Part shown: piece by piece, positions 46,152 to 58,905 of the stretch
Layout of the letters: each line of letters opens with the position of its first letter
Numbering within the stretch: the stretch's first letter is position 1
NCBI RefSeq assembly: GCF_044704955.1
Contig: NC_091977.1
Coordinates: 500,650,001-500,714,000 of the forward strand
Length of the DNA stretch: 64,000 nucleotides
Direction: 5' to 3'
From: Pristiophorus japonicus
Taxonomy: Eukaryota
Position numbers and translations under genes: made by a program
The notes under the pieces: generated by a model
Database searches by the model: none
What the model was told of the DNA's origin: nothing
The model's input: only the letters and a program-made list of their open reading frames with translations

Positions 46152-46918
46152 GGCCCGGGTTTTATAGTCAGTGACGAAGGAACGGAGCTTGCCGCTGACA
46201 TCGAAAGAAAGCTGCCCACGAAGTTTGATGGGGCTCGAGAGTGTAGACTTTAATTCCGACATCACTTCGAATTTGATGCCTTCTACAGGGCATTTGTAGT
46301 GTCCAGCAACAGGGCAGGCATCAGGAAGGCTGATCAGCCAATCAGATCGAAGAATTCTCATAGATGGCAAAGCAGGAAGTAAAAAGCAGGGAATATAAAT
46401 TATATTTAAATCATTGTACAGAAAGCAAAATAAAGACTGGGACAGATACATGGGGCTAAAGGAGAAATGTAAATATCAGAACACAATTTTTTTTTAAATA
46501 ACTTTTATTTTTTAAACAATCTGCAATTTTTAAATGTTCTTCTGAGGAAATGAGACTCCATACTTGTAAAATTAGTTTTTCTGGGCTAGAGAGGTTGTTC
46601 ACCTGTAATTATGGCTTAGTACGGCGTTAAAAACTCAGTTACTCCTGACTGAACATGGCACAACTTTTTAATTGGTTCTTACAGTGCGAATACTGTGTAA
46701 ATAGTTGGAAGTTCAAGGCAAATCAGTGACTTCCAATTAATTCCATTTGCGAAAACTGCAACAGCGCACCCTGTGGAGGAGCACGGTATCACTGATAACA
46801 ATTTACAGATTCTCTGCTTTTAACTGCGCATGTGTGGATGCCAGAGTTTGCTGTCAGTTTTATACAGTAATAATGGCACTGACAGCCTCGCAGATATTAC
46901 GAAGCAAGTTCCGTGCCT
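46152..46918. mobile_element. Old non-autonomous DNA transposon
   Basis: Right end GCAAGTTCCGTGCC is inverted relative to GGCCCGGGTTTT (46152) or GGAACGGAGCTTGC (46179). Confidence 0.45.
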
Positions 46919-47850
46919 TTACCAGGAAAGGCTACTGAAGAGGACAGTTTTTATGGGTTTAAGAAACAATTGCTGGATAGAGAAGGTTTTGAGATACAAG
47001 ACAAGAAAGTGGGTAAGTAGGTTTGGTCTATCAAAAAAGGGCAGCCCAGTTGGATTGCTCAGCTTGGGGTCAAATAGGACGGTGAGATTGCGAATAGTCT
47101 GGTTCCCCCTGAGATAGTGACCAGGGAAGGGAATGAAATCAGTGGCAAGGGTATGGAGTTTATGGTGAGAACAAAGATGATCGATGCACTCTTACCAATA
47201 TATAACTGCACAAAATTGTGGTTATTCCAGGACTGGATATGAGACAAGCAGTCTGACAGTAGTGTGCAAGGGTTGAGGAGAGTTTTTTTGAGAAGGGTGT
47301 GATAGCAGTAGTTTCGAAAGGGAAATAGATGCGGGTAAGTATGTCAGGGTACTGATCCCAATGCTGTAAACGGTATCTTGGCCAACAATTAACATCACCA
47401 AAAGAAATAGAACAACTGGTCGTTTATCTCCTTCCTGTTTGTGAGATCCTACTGAGTGCATTCGCTCCACTTCAAACATTTTCTATGAAGTGCTTTTGAG
47501 AGATGTGTTCAGGCACCCCCCTTTTTAAAAATGTGAACTCCTTGATCAGAGATCCTTATGATTATTCCCAAGTATCCATTGCTCCTCAATTTAATTACAT
47601 CAAGCTAATGACATGCATAAGAATTACACCACAACTGTGAGGTGCAGATTGAAAGGTTTGCAAAACATCAATTAGAAACAGATTGCCAGTGAACAAAATG
47701 TGCAGTCTGTATAGGAACAAAAAGGTTCTGACTGGCACTTAGCTGTATCACCAACAATACACTTGCAGGTGTTATGACAACTGTTTCATCAACTGTACAC
47801 AATATGTGCCTCTGCAGAGACTTGCTTACAGTTAGAGCTTTTGTGAATAA

Positions 47851-48148
47851 TGGGCCGGAATTCGCTGCCAAAGGCGAAATTGGCATGAAATACCATATAT
47901 TAGATCGTTGTGCTGCAGTGGCGAATTTACACCACAATTTTCTGGGCAACGGATTAGAATACACCACAGCGATCATAGTGACAAATATGAAGCGCGTGGC
48001 CAATGTATTGATTCTAATGACAAAGTAAGTTCCAGCTGTTTTCGGCGAGGGCTAATGGTTGAGCAGTGCAAAGGTCCCAGAAAATTATGGCATGTTGTAC
48101 GTAATGGCATAAGTCACTCACGCCATAATTTGCTGGAATTTCTGCACC
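47851..48148. mobile_element. Short degenerate MITE
   Basis: Ends GGGCCGGAATTCGC / GGAATTTCTGCACC. Confidence 0.4.
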
Positions 48149-48169
48149 ATAATAATGGCATACAGCACA

Positions 48170-49897
48170 GAGGGAAATTAGGGATAGTGTTAAATCCAAT
48201 GAAGAGGCATATAAATTGGCCAGAAAAAGCAGCAAACCTGAGGACTGGGAGAAATTTAGAATTCAGCAGAGGAGGACAAAGGGTTTAATTAGGAGGGGGA
48301 AAAGAGAGTATGAGAGTAAGATTGCAGGAAACGTAAAAACTGACTGCAAAAGCTTCTATAGCTATGTGAAGAGAAAAAGATTAGTGAAGACAAATGTAGA
48401 TCTCTTGCAGTCAGAATCAGATGAATTTATAATAGGGAACAAAGAAATGGCAGACCAATTGAACAAATACTTTGGTTAGGCTTCACTAAGGAAGACACAA
48501 ATAACCTTCCAGAAATACTAGGGGACTGAGGGTCTAGCGAGAAGGAGGAACTGAAGGAAATCCTTATTAGTCAGGAAATTGTGTTCGGGAAATTGGTGGG
48601 ATTGAAGGTCGATAAATCCCCAGGGCCTGATAGTCTGCATCCCAGAGTACTTAAGGAGATGGCCCTAGAAATAGTCGATGCATTGATGGTCATTTTCCAA
48701 CATTCTATAGACTCTGGATTAGTTCCTATGGATTGGAGGGTAGCTAATGGAACACTACTTTTTAAAAAAGGGAGAGAGAAAACAGGGAATTATAGACTGG
48801 TTAGCCTGACATCGGTAGTGTGGAAATTGTTGGAGTCAATCATTAAAGCTGTAATAACTGCACATTTGGAACGCAGTGATAGGATCGGTCCAAGTCAGCA
48901 TGGATTTATGAAAGGGAAATCATGATGGACAAATCTTCTAGAATTTTTTGAGGATGCAATTAGTAGTGTGGACAAAGGAGAACCAGTGGATGTGGTGTAT
49001 TTGGACTTTCAAAAGGCTTTTGACAAGGTCCCACAGAAGAGATTAGTGTGCAAAATTAAAGCACATGGTATTGGGGGTAATGTATTGATGTGAATAAAGA
49101 ACTGGTTGGCAGAGAGGAAGCAAAGAGTCAGAATAAACGAGTCCTTTTTAGAATGCCAGGCAGTGACTAGTGGGATACCGCAAGGTTCAGTGCTGGGACA
49201 CCAGCTATTTACAATATACATTAATGATTTGACGAAGGAATTGAATGCAATATCTCCAAGTTTGCAGATGACACTAAGCTGGGTGGCAGTGTAAGCTGTG
49301 AGGAGGATGCTAAGAGGCTGCAAGGTGACTTGGACAGGTTAGGTTAGTGGGCAAATGCATGGCAGGTGCAGTATAATGTGGATAAATGTGTGGTTATCCA
49401 CTTTGGTGGCAAAAACAGGAAGGCAGATTATTATCTGAATGGTAACAGATTAGGAAAAGAGGAGGTGCAACGAGACCTGGGTGTCATGGTACATCAGTCA
49501 TTGAAAGTTGGCATGCAGGTACAGCAGGCAGTGAAGGCGGCAAATGGCATGTTGGCCTTTGTAGTGAGAGGATTTGAGTATAGGAGCAGGGAGGTCTTAC
49601 TGCAGTTGTACAGGGCCTTGGTGAGGCCACACCTTGAATATTGTGTACAGTTTTTGTCTCCTAATCTGAGGAAGGACATTCTTGCTATTGAGGGAGTACA
49701 GCGAAGGTTCACCAGACTGATTTCCGGGATGGAAGGACTGACATATGAAGAAAGACTGGATCAATTCGGCTTATATTCACTGGAATTTAGAAGAATGAGA
49801 GGGGATTTCATTGAAACATGTAAAATTCTGACGAGATTAGACAGGTTAGATGCAGGAAGAATGTTTCCATTGCTGGGGAGTTCCAGAACCAGGGGTT
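48170..49897 (+). mobile_element. Decayed CR1 ORF2 fragment (both ends truncated)
   Basis: ORFs 48216..48479, 48581..48925 and 49366..49899 align to ORF2. Confidence 0.92.
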
Positions 49898-49989
49898 GAT
49901 TTCTTTTGACCTGCAGCTGAAAATGCTCCCAGCATCTGTCAATCTGCAAACTTCGCTGCAGGTTTAAGCAATTAAGACTCAACAAAAGA

Positions 49990-51005
49990 GAGGGATAGAA
50001 TAAAACTAAAAGGGCTTACACAAATGCAAAGAATAGTGGAAATCCCGTTGAGTTGGAGAGATATAAACAGCAAAGTGAAAGAAAGTAGTAAGAGCAGCAC
50101 AAAGGGACTATACGAGAAAAAACTTGCCGGAGAAATCAATGATAACACTAAGGTTTTACAAGTGTATTGAGAGAAAATGCTTGAATAGGGATGATGTGGG
50201 CCCCCTTAAAGACAGGTACAGGCAATATTGTAATTGAAAATAAGGAAGTGGGGTAGGCTTGTTAAATGATTACTAAGTTTCACTCCTCACCGTAGCAGAG
50301 GAGGATAAAATACCAGTGAAGCGAGGAAAAATTCAAATAAATCAAGGAGAGGAACTTACTAGATTTAATAATAAGTACAAAAACGGAAACAGAGAAAAGA
50401 TTGAGTCTGAAAATTGACACATCTCCAGACCCTGATGGTTTCCACCCCAGGGTGAACAGAAATAGGCGAGGAAATTGCAGATGCTTTAGCTCTCTTGATT
50501 CAGGAATTGTCCCCTTGGATTGTAAAATTGCCAATGTCACTTCTTATTTAACAAACGTGAGAGAGAAACCAGGAAATTATAGACCTATTAGTTTAATATC
50601 TGTTGTAGGAACTAAAGGAATCCGTTATTTGGGACAGAGTGACTGAGGACAAGCATGAACTGATCAGAGAGCCAGCATGGATTTGTAATGGGTAAGTCAT
50701 GTCTACTTACCTCGTCAAACTTTTTGAGGTGGGTATGGGTATGTATTCCAATTGGCAGTTTAAGACTAGCAGTGCCCCCGCCGAGATCTGTACTCAGTTT
50801 TTCGCTATATTTATCAAAATAACTTAGAAGAATAGAGAGCGGTATAACCAAGTTTGCTGACAACACTATGCTAGGCGGCACAGTAAGTAGTCAAGATGGG
50901 AGCAGAATGTTCCAAAGGGGCATTAATAGATTAAGTGAGTGGAAAAAAACTGACAGATGAAGTTGTGTGGGGAGAAATGTGAGGGCATCCACTTTGGACC
51001 AAAGA
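49990..51005 (+). mobile_element. Very old CR1 ORF2 fragment
   Basis: SPDPDGFHPRV, DCKIANVT, PGNYRPISL, SQHGF and KFADNT remnants. Confidence 0.75.
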
Positions 51006-51070
51006 AGGAAAGCCTGTCAAACATCCAGTTTTGAATGAACTATCATCAGCGTTCCAGTTAAGCTGCGCAG

Positions 51071-51912
51071 TGCTCTGCAGCTCCCCCCCGTGGCTCTCTG
51101 CAGCTCCCCCCCCGTGGCTCTCTGCAGCTCCCCCCCCGTGGCTCTCTGCAGCTCCCCCCCCGTGGCTCTCTGCAGCTCCCTCCCCGTGGCTCTCTGCAGC
51201 TCCCCTCCCGTGGCTCTCTGCAGCTCCCCCCCCGTGGCTCTCTGCAGCTCCCTCCCCATGGCTCTCTGCAGCTCCCCCCCGTGGCTCTCTGCAGCTCCCC
51301 TCCCGTGGCTCTCTGCAGCTCCCCTCCCGTGGCTCTCTGCAGCTCCCGCCCCGTGGCTCTCTGCAGCTCCCCCCCCGTGGCTCTCTGCAGCTCCCCCCCC
51401 GTGGCTCTCTGCAGCTCCCCACCGTGGCTCTCTGCAGCTCCCCCACGTGGCTCTCTGCAGCTCCCCCCCCGTGGCTCTCTGCAGCTCCCCCACGTGGCTC
51501 TCTGCAGCTCCCCCCACGTGGCTCTCTGCAGCTCGCCCCCGTGGCTCTCTGCAGCTCCTCCCCGTGGCTCTCTGCAGCTCCCCCACCGTGGCTCTCTGCA
51601 GCTCCCCCACGTGGCTCTCTGCAGCTCCCCCCCCGTGGCTCTCTGCAGCTCCCCCACGTGGCTCTCTGCAGCTCCCCCCCCGTGGCTCTCTGCAGCTCCC
51701 CCCCCGTGGCTCTCTGCAGCTCCTCCCCGTGGCTCTCTGCAGCTCCCCCACGTGGCTCTCTGCAGCTCCCCCCCCGTGGCTCTCTGCAGCTCCCCCCCCG
51801 TGGCTCTCTGCAGCTCGCCCCCGTGGCTCTCTGCAGCTCTTCCCCGTGGCTCTCTGCAGCTCCCCCACGTGGCTCTCTGCAGCTCCCCCCGTGGCTCTCT
51901 GCAGCTCCCCCG
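51071..51912. repeat. 23-24-bp minisatellite (~35 units)
   Basis: Unit GTGGCTCTCTGCAGCT plus a C7-8 run with variants. Confidence 0.97.
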
Positions 51913-52019
51913 CCACCGGCTCAGCTCATCATTTTTAAATAGGAAACTCCACACATTTTGAATGGGCCACGCAACTCGTTAAATGCACCGCACACTTAAA
52001 AAGAAAATTAAAGGGAACA

Positions 52020-52720
52020 TTGGCTATAATTTCCTCCAGCTAAACATTGGGAACACCAAAGACATCACCTTCAGGTCTTGCTACAAAATCTGTACTCTTC
52101 CCAAACTGTCCACACCCATACCTTGGACAATGCCTGAACCAGACTGTTCACAACCACTGCGTTTTATTTAACACTGATTCCATCCTCCTCCTCAGCCACT
52201 GTTAAAGATTGAACCTAACTGTTTGAAATCTCACAGTCCTATTTGTCTCTTTAACTAAGCTTCCGACCACACATCCCCTTCATCCACTTTGGACCTAAGA
52301 AAGAAAGCTTGTCTAACATACAGTTTTGAATGAGCTATCCTCAGCGTTCCGTTCAAGCTGTGCAGCGCTCCAGCCTTGACTATTCCAATGCTCCCTTGGC
52401 CAACCTCCATTCCACGATAAACTTCAGCTCATCCAAACCTCTGCTGACAGAAGTAGATCTTATTCTGCTGCACTTGCCCATTATCACTGTGCATGCTGAC
52501 CTACGTTAGTCACATAACATATCAAATTTAAAATGCTCATGCTTATGTTTAAATCCCTTCCTGCCATGTCCTATCCCGGTTACCAGCTCTACAACCTCCA
52601 TTTGTCCAAACTCTCCATTTTTCTTCCTCTGGTATCTTCTGCATCCTGCTGCCCCCTCCCCTCCACCCCACCATTGGCAGCCTTGCCTTCAGCTGCCGAG
52701 GCTCCATGCTCCATAATTTC
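52020..52720 (+). mobile_element. L2 3' fragments (degenerate)
   Basis: NFLQLNIGNTK matches NFLQLNIEQNE of the L2 at 105-895; LDYSNAPL and KLQLIQTSA remnants. Confidence 0.6.
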
Positions 52721-52989
52721 CTTTCACAAGCGTCTGAGTGAAGAAATGTCTCCTCATCTCAGTCCTAAATAGCCAACTCTTTATCCTGAGACTATACCTG
52801 CTAGTTCGAGACTCTCCAGCCAGGGGAAACAACCGCTCAGCATCTACCTTGTCAAACCCTCTTAGAATTTTATAAGTTCCTCACTCTCATTAGATCCTTA
52901 CTTCCTTCATATCTCCTCATAGTTACATCCTTATAGAAGCTCTTACAATCTGTTTTTTATATTCCTTGTTAATTTACAGCACCTATTGC

Positions 52990-53542
52990 CCAAATTAAAA
53001 GTTCTCTCCATTAATGCACGTAGCATGATAAATAAAACAAGTGAATTAGAAGTGCAAATTCAGCTAAAAGGGTGTGAAATAGTGGCCATCACTAAGACCT
53101 GGCTATGATGGACAGGACATGATTGGGAGATAAATATTGCAGGTTATAAGGTCTTTAGAAAGGATAAGGAAATTGGAAAAGGAACAGTAGCAATAGTAGG
53201 GCCTAGATATAGTGGATAGAAAGGACCTATTTCCCTGGCAGAGGGGTCAACAACCAGGGAACATCGATTTAAAGTAATTGGTAAGAGGTTTAGAGGAGAT
53301 ACGAGGGGAAATTTCTTTACCCTGAGGGTGGTGGGGGTTTGGCACTCAAAAGGCAGTAGAGGCAGAAACCCTCATCACATTTAAAGGGTGCCTGGATGTG
53401 CACTTGAAGTGCCGTAACCTGCACGGCTATGGACCAAGAGCTGGAAAGTGGGATTAAGCTGGATAGCTGTTTGTCGGCCAGCATGGACATGATAGGCCGA
53501 AATGGCCTCTTTCTGTGCCGTAAATTTCTATGATTCTATGAT
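52990..53542 (+). mobile_element. Old CR1 pieces (APE N-terminus, then a 3' end)
   Basis: LKVLSINARS...AITKTWL; later GGCCGAAATGGCC hairpin and (ATTCTATG)n tail. Confidence 0.7.
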
Positions 53543-53988
53543 AATAATTGCTTATTAACATTTTGTGACAGTGTAACCCCTTTTTCAAGTTATTTTAAAG
53601 TGGAATTCTTGCTATCGGGACCCTTTTAATAAAGGAGTGAATCTTGCGAGCATTCCTACTATTATGGAGAACACCTGGAATGCAATCAGGAACTCAATAT
53701 TGACTCTGGATGATTTCCTATGGACTGGAGGGTAGCTAATATAACACCACTTTTTAAAAAAGGAGGGAGAGAGAAAACGGATAATTATAGACCAGTTAGC
53801 CTGACATCAGTAGTGGGGAAAATGTTGGAATCAATCATTATGGATGAAATAGCAACGCATTTGGAAAGCAGTGACAGGATTGGTCCAAGTCAGCATGGAT
53901 TTATGAAAGGCAAATCATGCTCGACGAATCTTCTGGAATTTTTTGAGGATGTAACTAGCAGAGTGGACAAGGGAGAACCAGTGGATGT

Positions 53989-54248
53989 TGTGGTGTCCTT
54001 ACATCTTGCTATAGAATCACATGAGGCATGTACTGCAGACAAGGTCACTACGAGACCTGAACGTTTATTCCCAGGACCAAGAAGTGATGACACTGCGTGG
54101 GACCTCCTTTTATACACCTGGATGACTAGATGAGGAATGTCTCCCACAAGTTCACCCCCTGTGGTCAAGGTGTACATTACTCAGGTGTATACAGTGTACA
54201 GTGTTGTTACATAAAGGTTACAGTTATGTGAAGGTTACAAACATGATA
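53989..54248 (-). repeat. 3' LTR of Gypsy element 2
   Basis: Direct repeat of 61833-62092; about 17 differences by hand count. Confidence 0.95.
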
Positions 54249-55349
54249 TCACCTCCCCCAAACGTCTTTCAGGCGGTCGACGCTCTCTCGTGGAGCGCCG
54301 CAGTTGGGGCTCTGGTGGTTAGGCCTTGGCATGCACCTCTGTCGCCTGAGGTGATTCCGGCCTGTCCGGGCTGGCCGCAGCGACTGTGCATGCTGGTGAA
54401 TGTCCTTGTTGCTCGTTCTCTGGCAGTGGTGTGGGTAGCATCTTATGATCTTCCTCAGGTTCCTCAGTGTCCATGCTGAACCTTTTCTTTACTTGGTCCA
54501 GATGTTTGCAGCATATCTGCCTATTGTTAAGTCTGACCACTATGACCCTGTTCACCTCTTTGCCAATTACAGTACCCTCAAGCCACTTGGGTCCCAAAGC
54601 ATGATTGAGAACGAATACAGGGTCATCAATTTCTATGCATCTCCCCACTGAGTTGCGATCATGGCACTCGATTTGGGACTGGCGCTTGCCCTCAACAATG
54701 TCTGACAGAGCTGGATGAATGAGGGACAGCCGCGTTTTAAGCATGTGTTTCATGAGTAGTTCCTCGGGCGGGACTCCAGTGAGTGAATGCGGGCGGGACC
54801 TATAGGCCAGCAGGAGGTGGTACTGAAGGGAGGGTCCTTGAATCCGGAGCATGACCTGTTTTATGATTTGAAACGCACGTTCCGCATGGCCATTGGAAGC
54901 CAGCTTGAACGGTGCTGTCCTGAAGTGTTTGATACCATTACCCGACATAAACTCTTGGAATTCATAGCTAGTGAAACACGGGCCATTATCGCTAACCAGG
55001 ATGTCCGGCAAGTCGTGGGTCGCAAAGACCGTACGCAGACTCTCCACAGTGGTTAATGTCGTGCACGAATTCAATATGATGCACTCGATCCATTTCAAGT
55101 ATGCATCGACAACAATCAGGAACATTTATCCCATGAACGGGCCCACGTAGTCTACGTGAATATGTGACCATGGCCTGGTGGGCCAGGGCCATGGACTGAG
55201 TGGGGCCTCCCTGGGGGCATTTCCCTGCTGAGCACACGTCGTGCAGCTGCGAACCCAGTGTTCCAGGTCTGAGTCAATTCCTGGCCACCATACATGTGAC
55301 CAGGCAATGGCCTTCATTAGCACGATGCCTGGGTGCTCGCTGTGGAATT

Positions 55350-58300
55350 AAAAACATAGAAAATAGATGCAGGAGTAGGCCATTCGGCCCTTCGAGCCTG
55401 CACCGCCATTCAATGAGTTCATGGCTGAACATGCAACTTCAGTACCCCATTCCTGCTTTCTCATCATACCCCTTGATCTCCCTAGTAGAAAGGACTACAT
55501 CTAACTCCTTTTTGAATATATTTAGTGAATTGGCTTCAACAACTTTCTGTGGTAGAGAATTCCACAGGTTCACCACTCTCTGGGTGAAGAAGTTTCACCT
55601 CATCTCGGTCCTAAATGGCTTACCCCTTATCCTTAGACTGTGACCCCTGGTTCTGGACTTCCCCAACATTGGGAACATTCTTCCTGCATCTAACCTGTCT
55701 AAACCCGTCAGAATTTTAAACGTTTTTCTATGAGATCCCCTCTTATTCTTCTGAACTCCAGTGAATACAAGCCCAGTTGATCCAGTCTTTCTTGATATGT
55801 CAGTCTGGTGAACCTTCACTGCACTCCCTCAATAGCAAGAATGTCCTTCCTCAAGTTAGGAGACCAAAACTGGACACAATACTCCAGGTGTGGCCTCACC
55901 AAGGCCCTGTATAACTGCAGTAACAAGTCCTGCCCCTGAACTCAAATCCCTTCGCTATGAAGGCCAACATGCCATTTGCTTTCTTAACCGCCTGCTGTAC
56001 CTGCATGCCAACCTTCAATGACTGATGTACCATGACACCCAGGTCTCGTTGCACCTCCCCTTTTCCTAATCTGTCACCATCCAGATAATAGTCTGTCTCT
56101 CTGTTTTTACCACCAAAGTACTTCATACTTCATCTGCCATGCATTTGCCCACTCACCTAACCTATCCAAGTCACTCTGCAGCCTCATAGCATCCTCCTCG
56201 CAGCTCACACTGCCACCCAACTTAGTGTCATCCGCAAACTTGGAGATACTACATTTAATCCCCTCATCTAAATCATTAATGTACAATGTAAACAGCTGGG
56301 GCCCCAGCACAGAACTTTGCGGTACCCCACTAGTCACTGCCTGCCATTCTGAAAAGTCCCCATTTTCTCCTACCCTTTGCTTCCTGTTTGCCAACCAGTT
56401 CTCAATCCACGTCAGCACACTACCTCCAATCCCATGTGCTTTAACTTTGCACATTAATCTCTTGTGTGGGACCTTGTCGAAAGCCTTCTGAAAGTCCAAA
56501 TACACCACATCAACTGGTTCTCCCTTGTCCACTCTACTCAAACATCCTCAAAAAATTCCAGAAGATTTGTCAAGCATGATTTCCCTTTCACAAATCCATG
56601 CTGACTTGGACCTATCATGTCACCTCTTTCCAAATGCGCTGCTATGTCATCCTTAATAATTGATTCCATCATTTTACCCACGACTGATGTCAGGCTGACT
56701 GGTCTATAATTCCCTGTTTTCTCTCTCCCTCCTTTTTTAAAAAGTGGGGTTACATTGGCTACCCTCTACTCCACAGGAACTGATCCAGAGTCTATGGAAT
56801 GTTGGAAAATGACTGGAAATGCATCTGCTATTTCCAAGGCCACCTCCTTAAGTACTCTGGGATGCAGGCCATCAGGCCCTGGGGATTTATCGGCCTTCAA
56901 TCCCATCAATTTCCCCAACACAATTTCCCGACTAATAAGGATTTCCCTCAGTTCCTCCTTCTTACTAGACCCTCTGACCCCTTTTATATCCGGAAGGTTG
57001 TTTGTGTCCTCCTTAGTGAATACCGAACCAAAGTACTTGTTCAATTGGTCTGCCATTTCTTTGTTCCCCGTTATGACTTCCCCTGATTCTTGCTGCAGGG
57101 GACCTAGGTTTGTCTTTACTAACCTTTTCCTCTTTACATATCTATAGAAGCTTTTGCAGCCCGTTTTAATGTTCACTGCAAGCTTCCTCTCGTACTCTAT
57201 TTTCCCTGCCCTAATCAAACCCTTTGTCCTCCTCTGTTGAGTTCTAAATTTCTCCCAGTCCCCGGGTTCGCTCCTATTTCTGGCCAATTTGTATGCCACT
57301 TCCTTGGCTTTAATACTATCCCTGATTTCCCTTGATAGCCACGGTTGAGCCACCTTCCCTTTTTTATTTTTACGCCAGACAGCGATGTACAATTGTTGTA
57401 GTTCATCCATGCGGTCTCTAAATGTCTGCCATTGCCCATCCACTGGCAACCCCTTAAGTATCATTCGCCAATCTATCCTAGCCAATTCACGCCTCATACC
57501 TTCAAAGTTACCCTTCTTTAAGTTCTGGACCATGGTCTCTGAATTAACTGTTTCATTCTCCATCCTAATGCAGAATTCCACCATATTATGGTCACTCTTC
57601 CCCAAGGGTCCTCGCACAACGAGATTGCTAATTAAGCCTCTCTCATTACACAACACCCAGTCTAAGCTGGCCTCCCCCCTAGTTGGTTCCTCGACATATT
57701 GGTCGAGAAAACCATCCCTTATGCACTCCAGGAAATCCTCCTCCACCGTATTGCTTCCAGTTTGGTTAGCCCAATCTATATGCATATTAAAGTCACCCAT
57801 GATAACTGATGCACCTTTATTGCATGCACTCCTAATTTCATGTTTGATGCCCTCCCCAACATCACTACTACTGTTTGAAGGTCTGTACACAATTCCCACT
57901 AACGTTTTTTGCCCTTTGATGTTCTGCAGCTCTACCCATATAGATTCCACATCATCCAAGCTAATGTTCTTCCTTACCAATGCATTAATCTCCTCTTTAA
58001 CCAGCAATGCTACCCCACCTCCTTTTCCTTTTACTCTATCCTTCCTGAATGTTGAATACCCTTGGATGTTGAGCTCCCAGCCCTGAACATCCTGGAGCCA
58101 AATCTCTGTAATCCCAATCACATCATATCTGTTAACATCTATTTACACAATTAATTCATCCATCTTATTACGGATGCTTCTTGCATTAAGACACAAAGCC
58201 TTCAGGCTTGATTTTTTTTAACACCTTTGTCCTTTTAGAATGATGTTGTAGTGTGGCCCTTTTTGTTTCTTGCCTTTGTTTACTCAGCCTTCCACTATTG

Positions 58301-58905
58301 CTTTTTACCTCTCTACCATCTGTTTCTGACTCCATATTACCTCGCCCTGTCTCGCTGCATAGATTCCCATCCCCCTGCCATATTAGCTTAAACACTCCCG
58401 AACTGCATTAGCAAATGTTACCCCCAGGACATCAGTTCCAGTCCTGCCCAAGTGCAGACCGTCCCTTTTGTACAGGTCCCACTTCCCCCAGAACTGGTTC
58501 CAATGTCCCAGGAATTTCAATCCCTCCCTCTTGCACCACTGCTCAAGCCACGTATTTATTCTAACTATCCTGCTCCCTCTACTCTGATTAGCACGTGGCA
58601 CTGGTAGCAACCCAGAGATTACTACCTTTCAGGTCCTACTTTTTCATTTAACTTCTAGCTCCCTAAATTCAGCTTGTTGGACCTCTTCCCGCTTCTTACC
58701 TGTATCGTTGGTACCTACATGTACCACGACAACTGGCTGCTCACCCTCCCTCTCCAGAATGCTCTGCAGCCGCTCCGAGAAATCCTTGACCCTTGCACCA
58801 GGGAGGCAACATCCCATCCTGGAGTCTTGGTTGCGGCCGCAGAAACTCCTATCTATTCCCCTTACAATACAGTCCCCTATCACTATAGCTCTCCCACTCT
58901 TTTTC
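55350..58905 (-). mobile_element. CR1 truncated within ORF1, inserted in Gypsy 2 pol
   Basis: Tail at 55350. ORF2 pieces 56107..56541 and 56766..58121; ORF1 SGNH pieces 58383..58610 and 58644..58883. The Gypsy frame rejoins as AFIRE / HSEHPGIV. Confidence 0.95.

Noticed and set aside
50931-51961. Six long overlapping ORFs (171-303 aa) on both strands
   Set aside because: Artefact of a minisatellite whose unit lacks stop codons; the translations are simple repeats.
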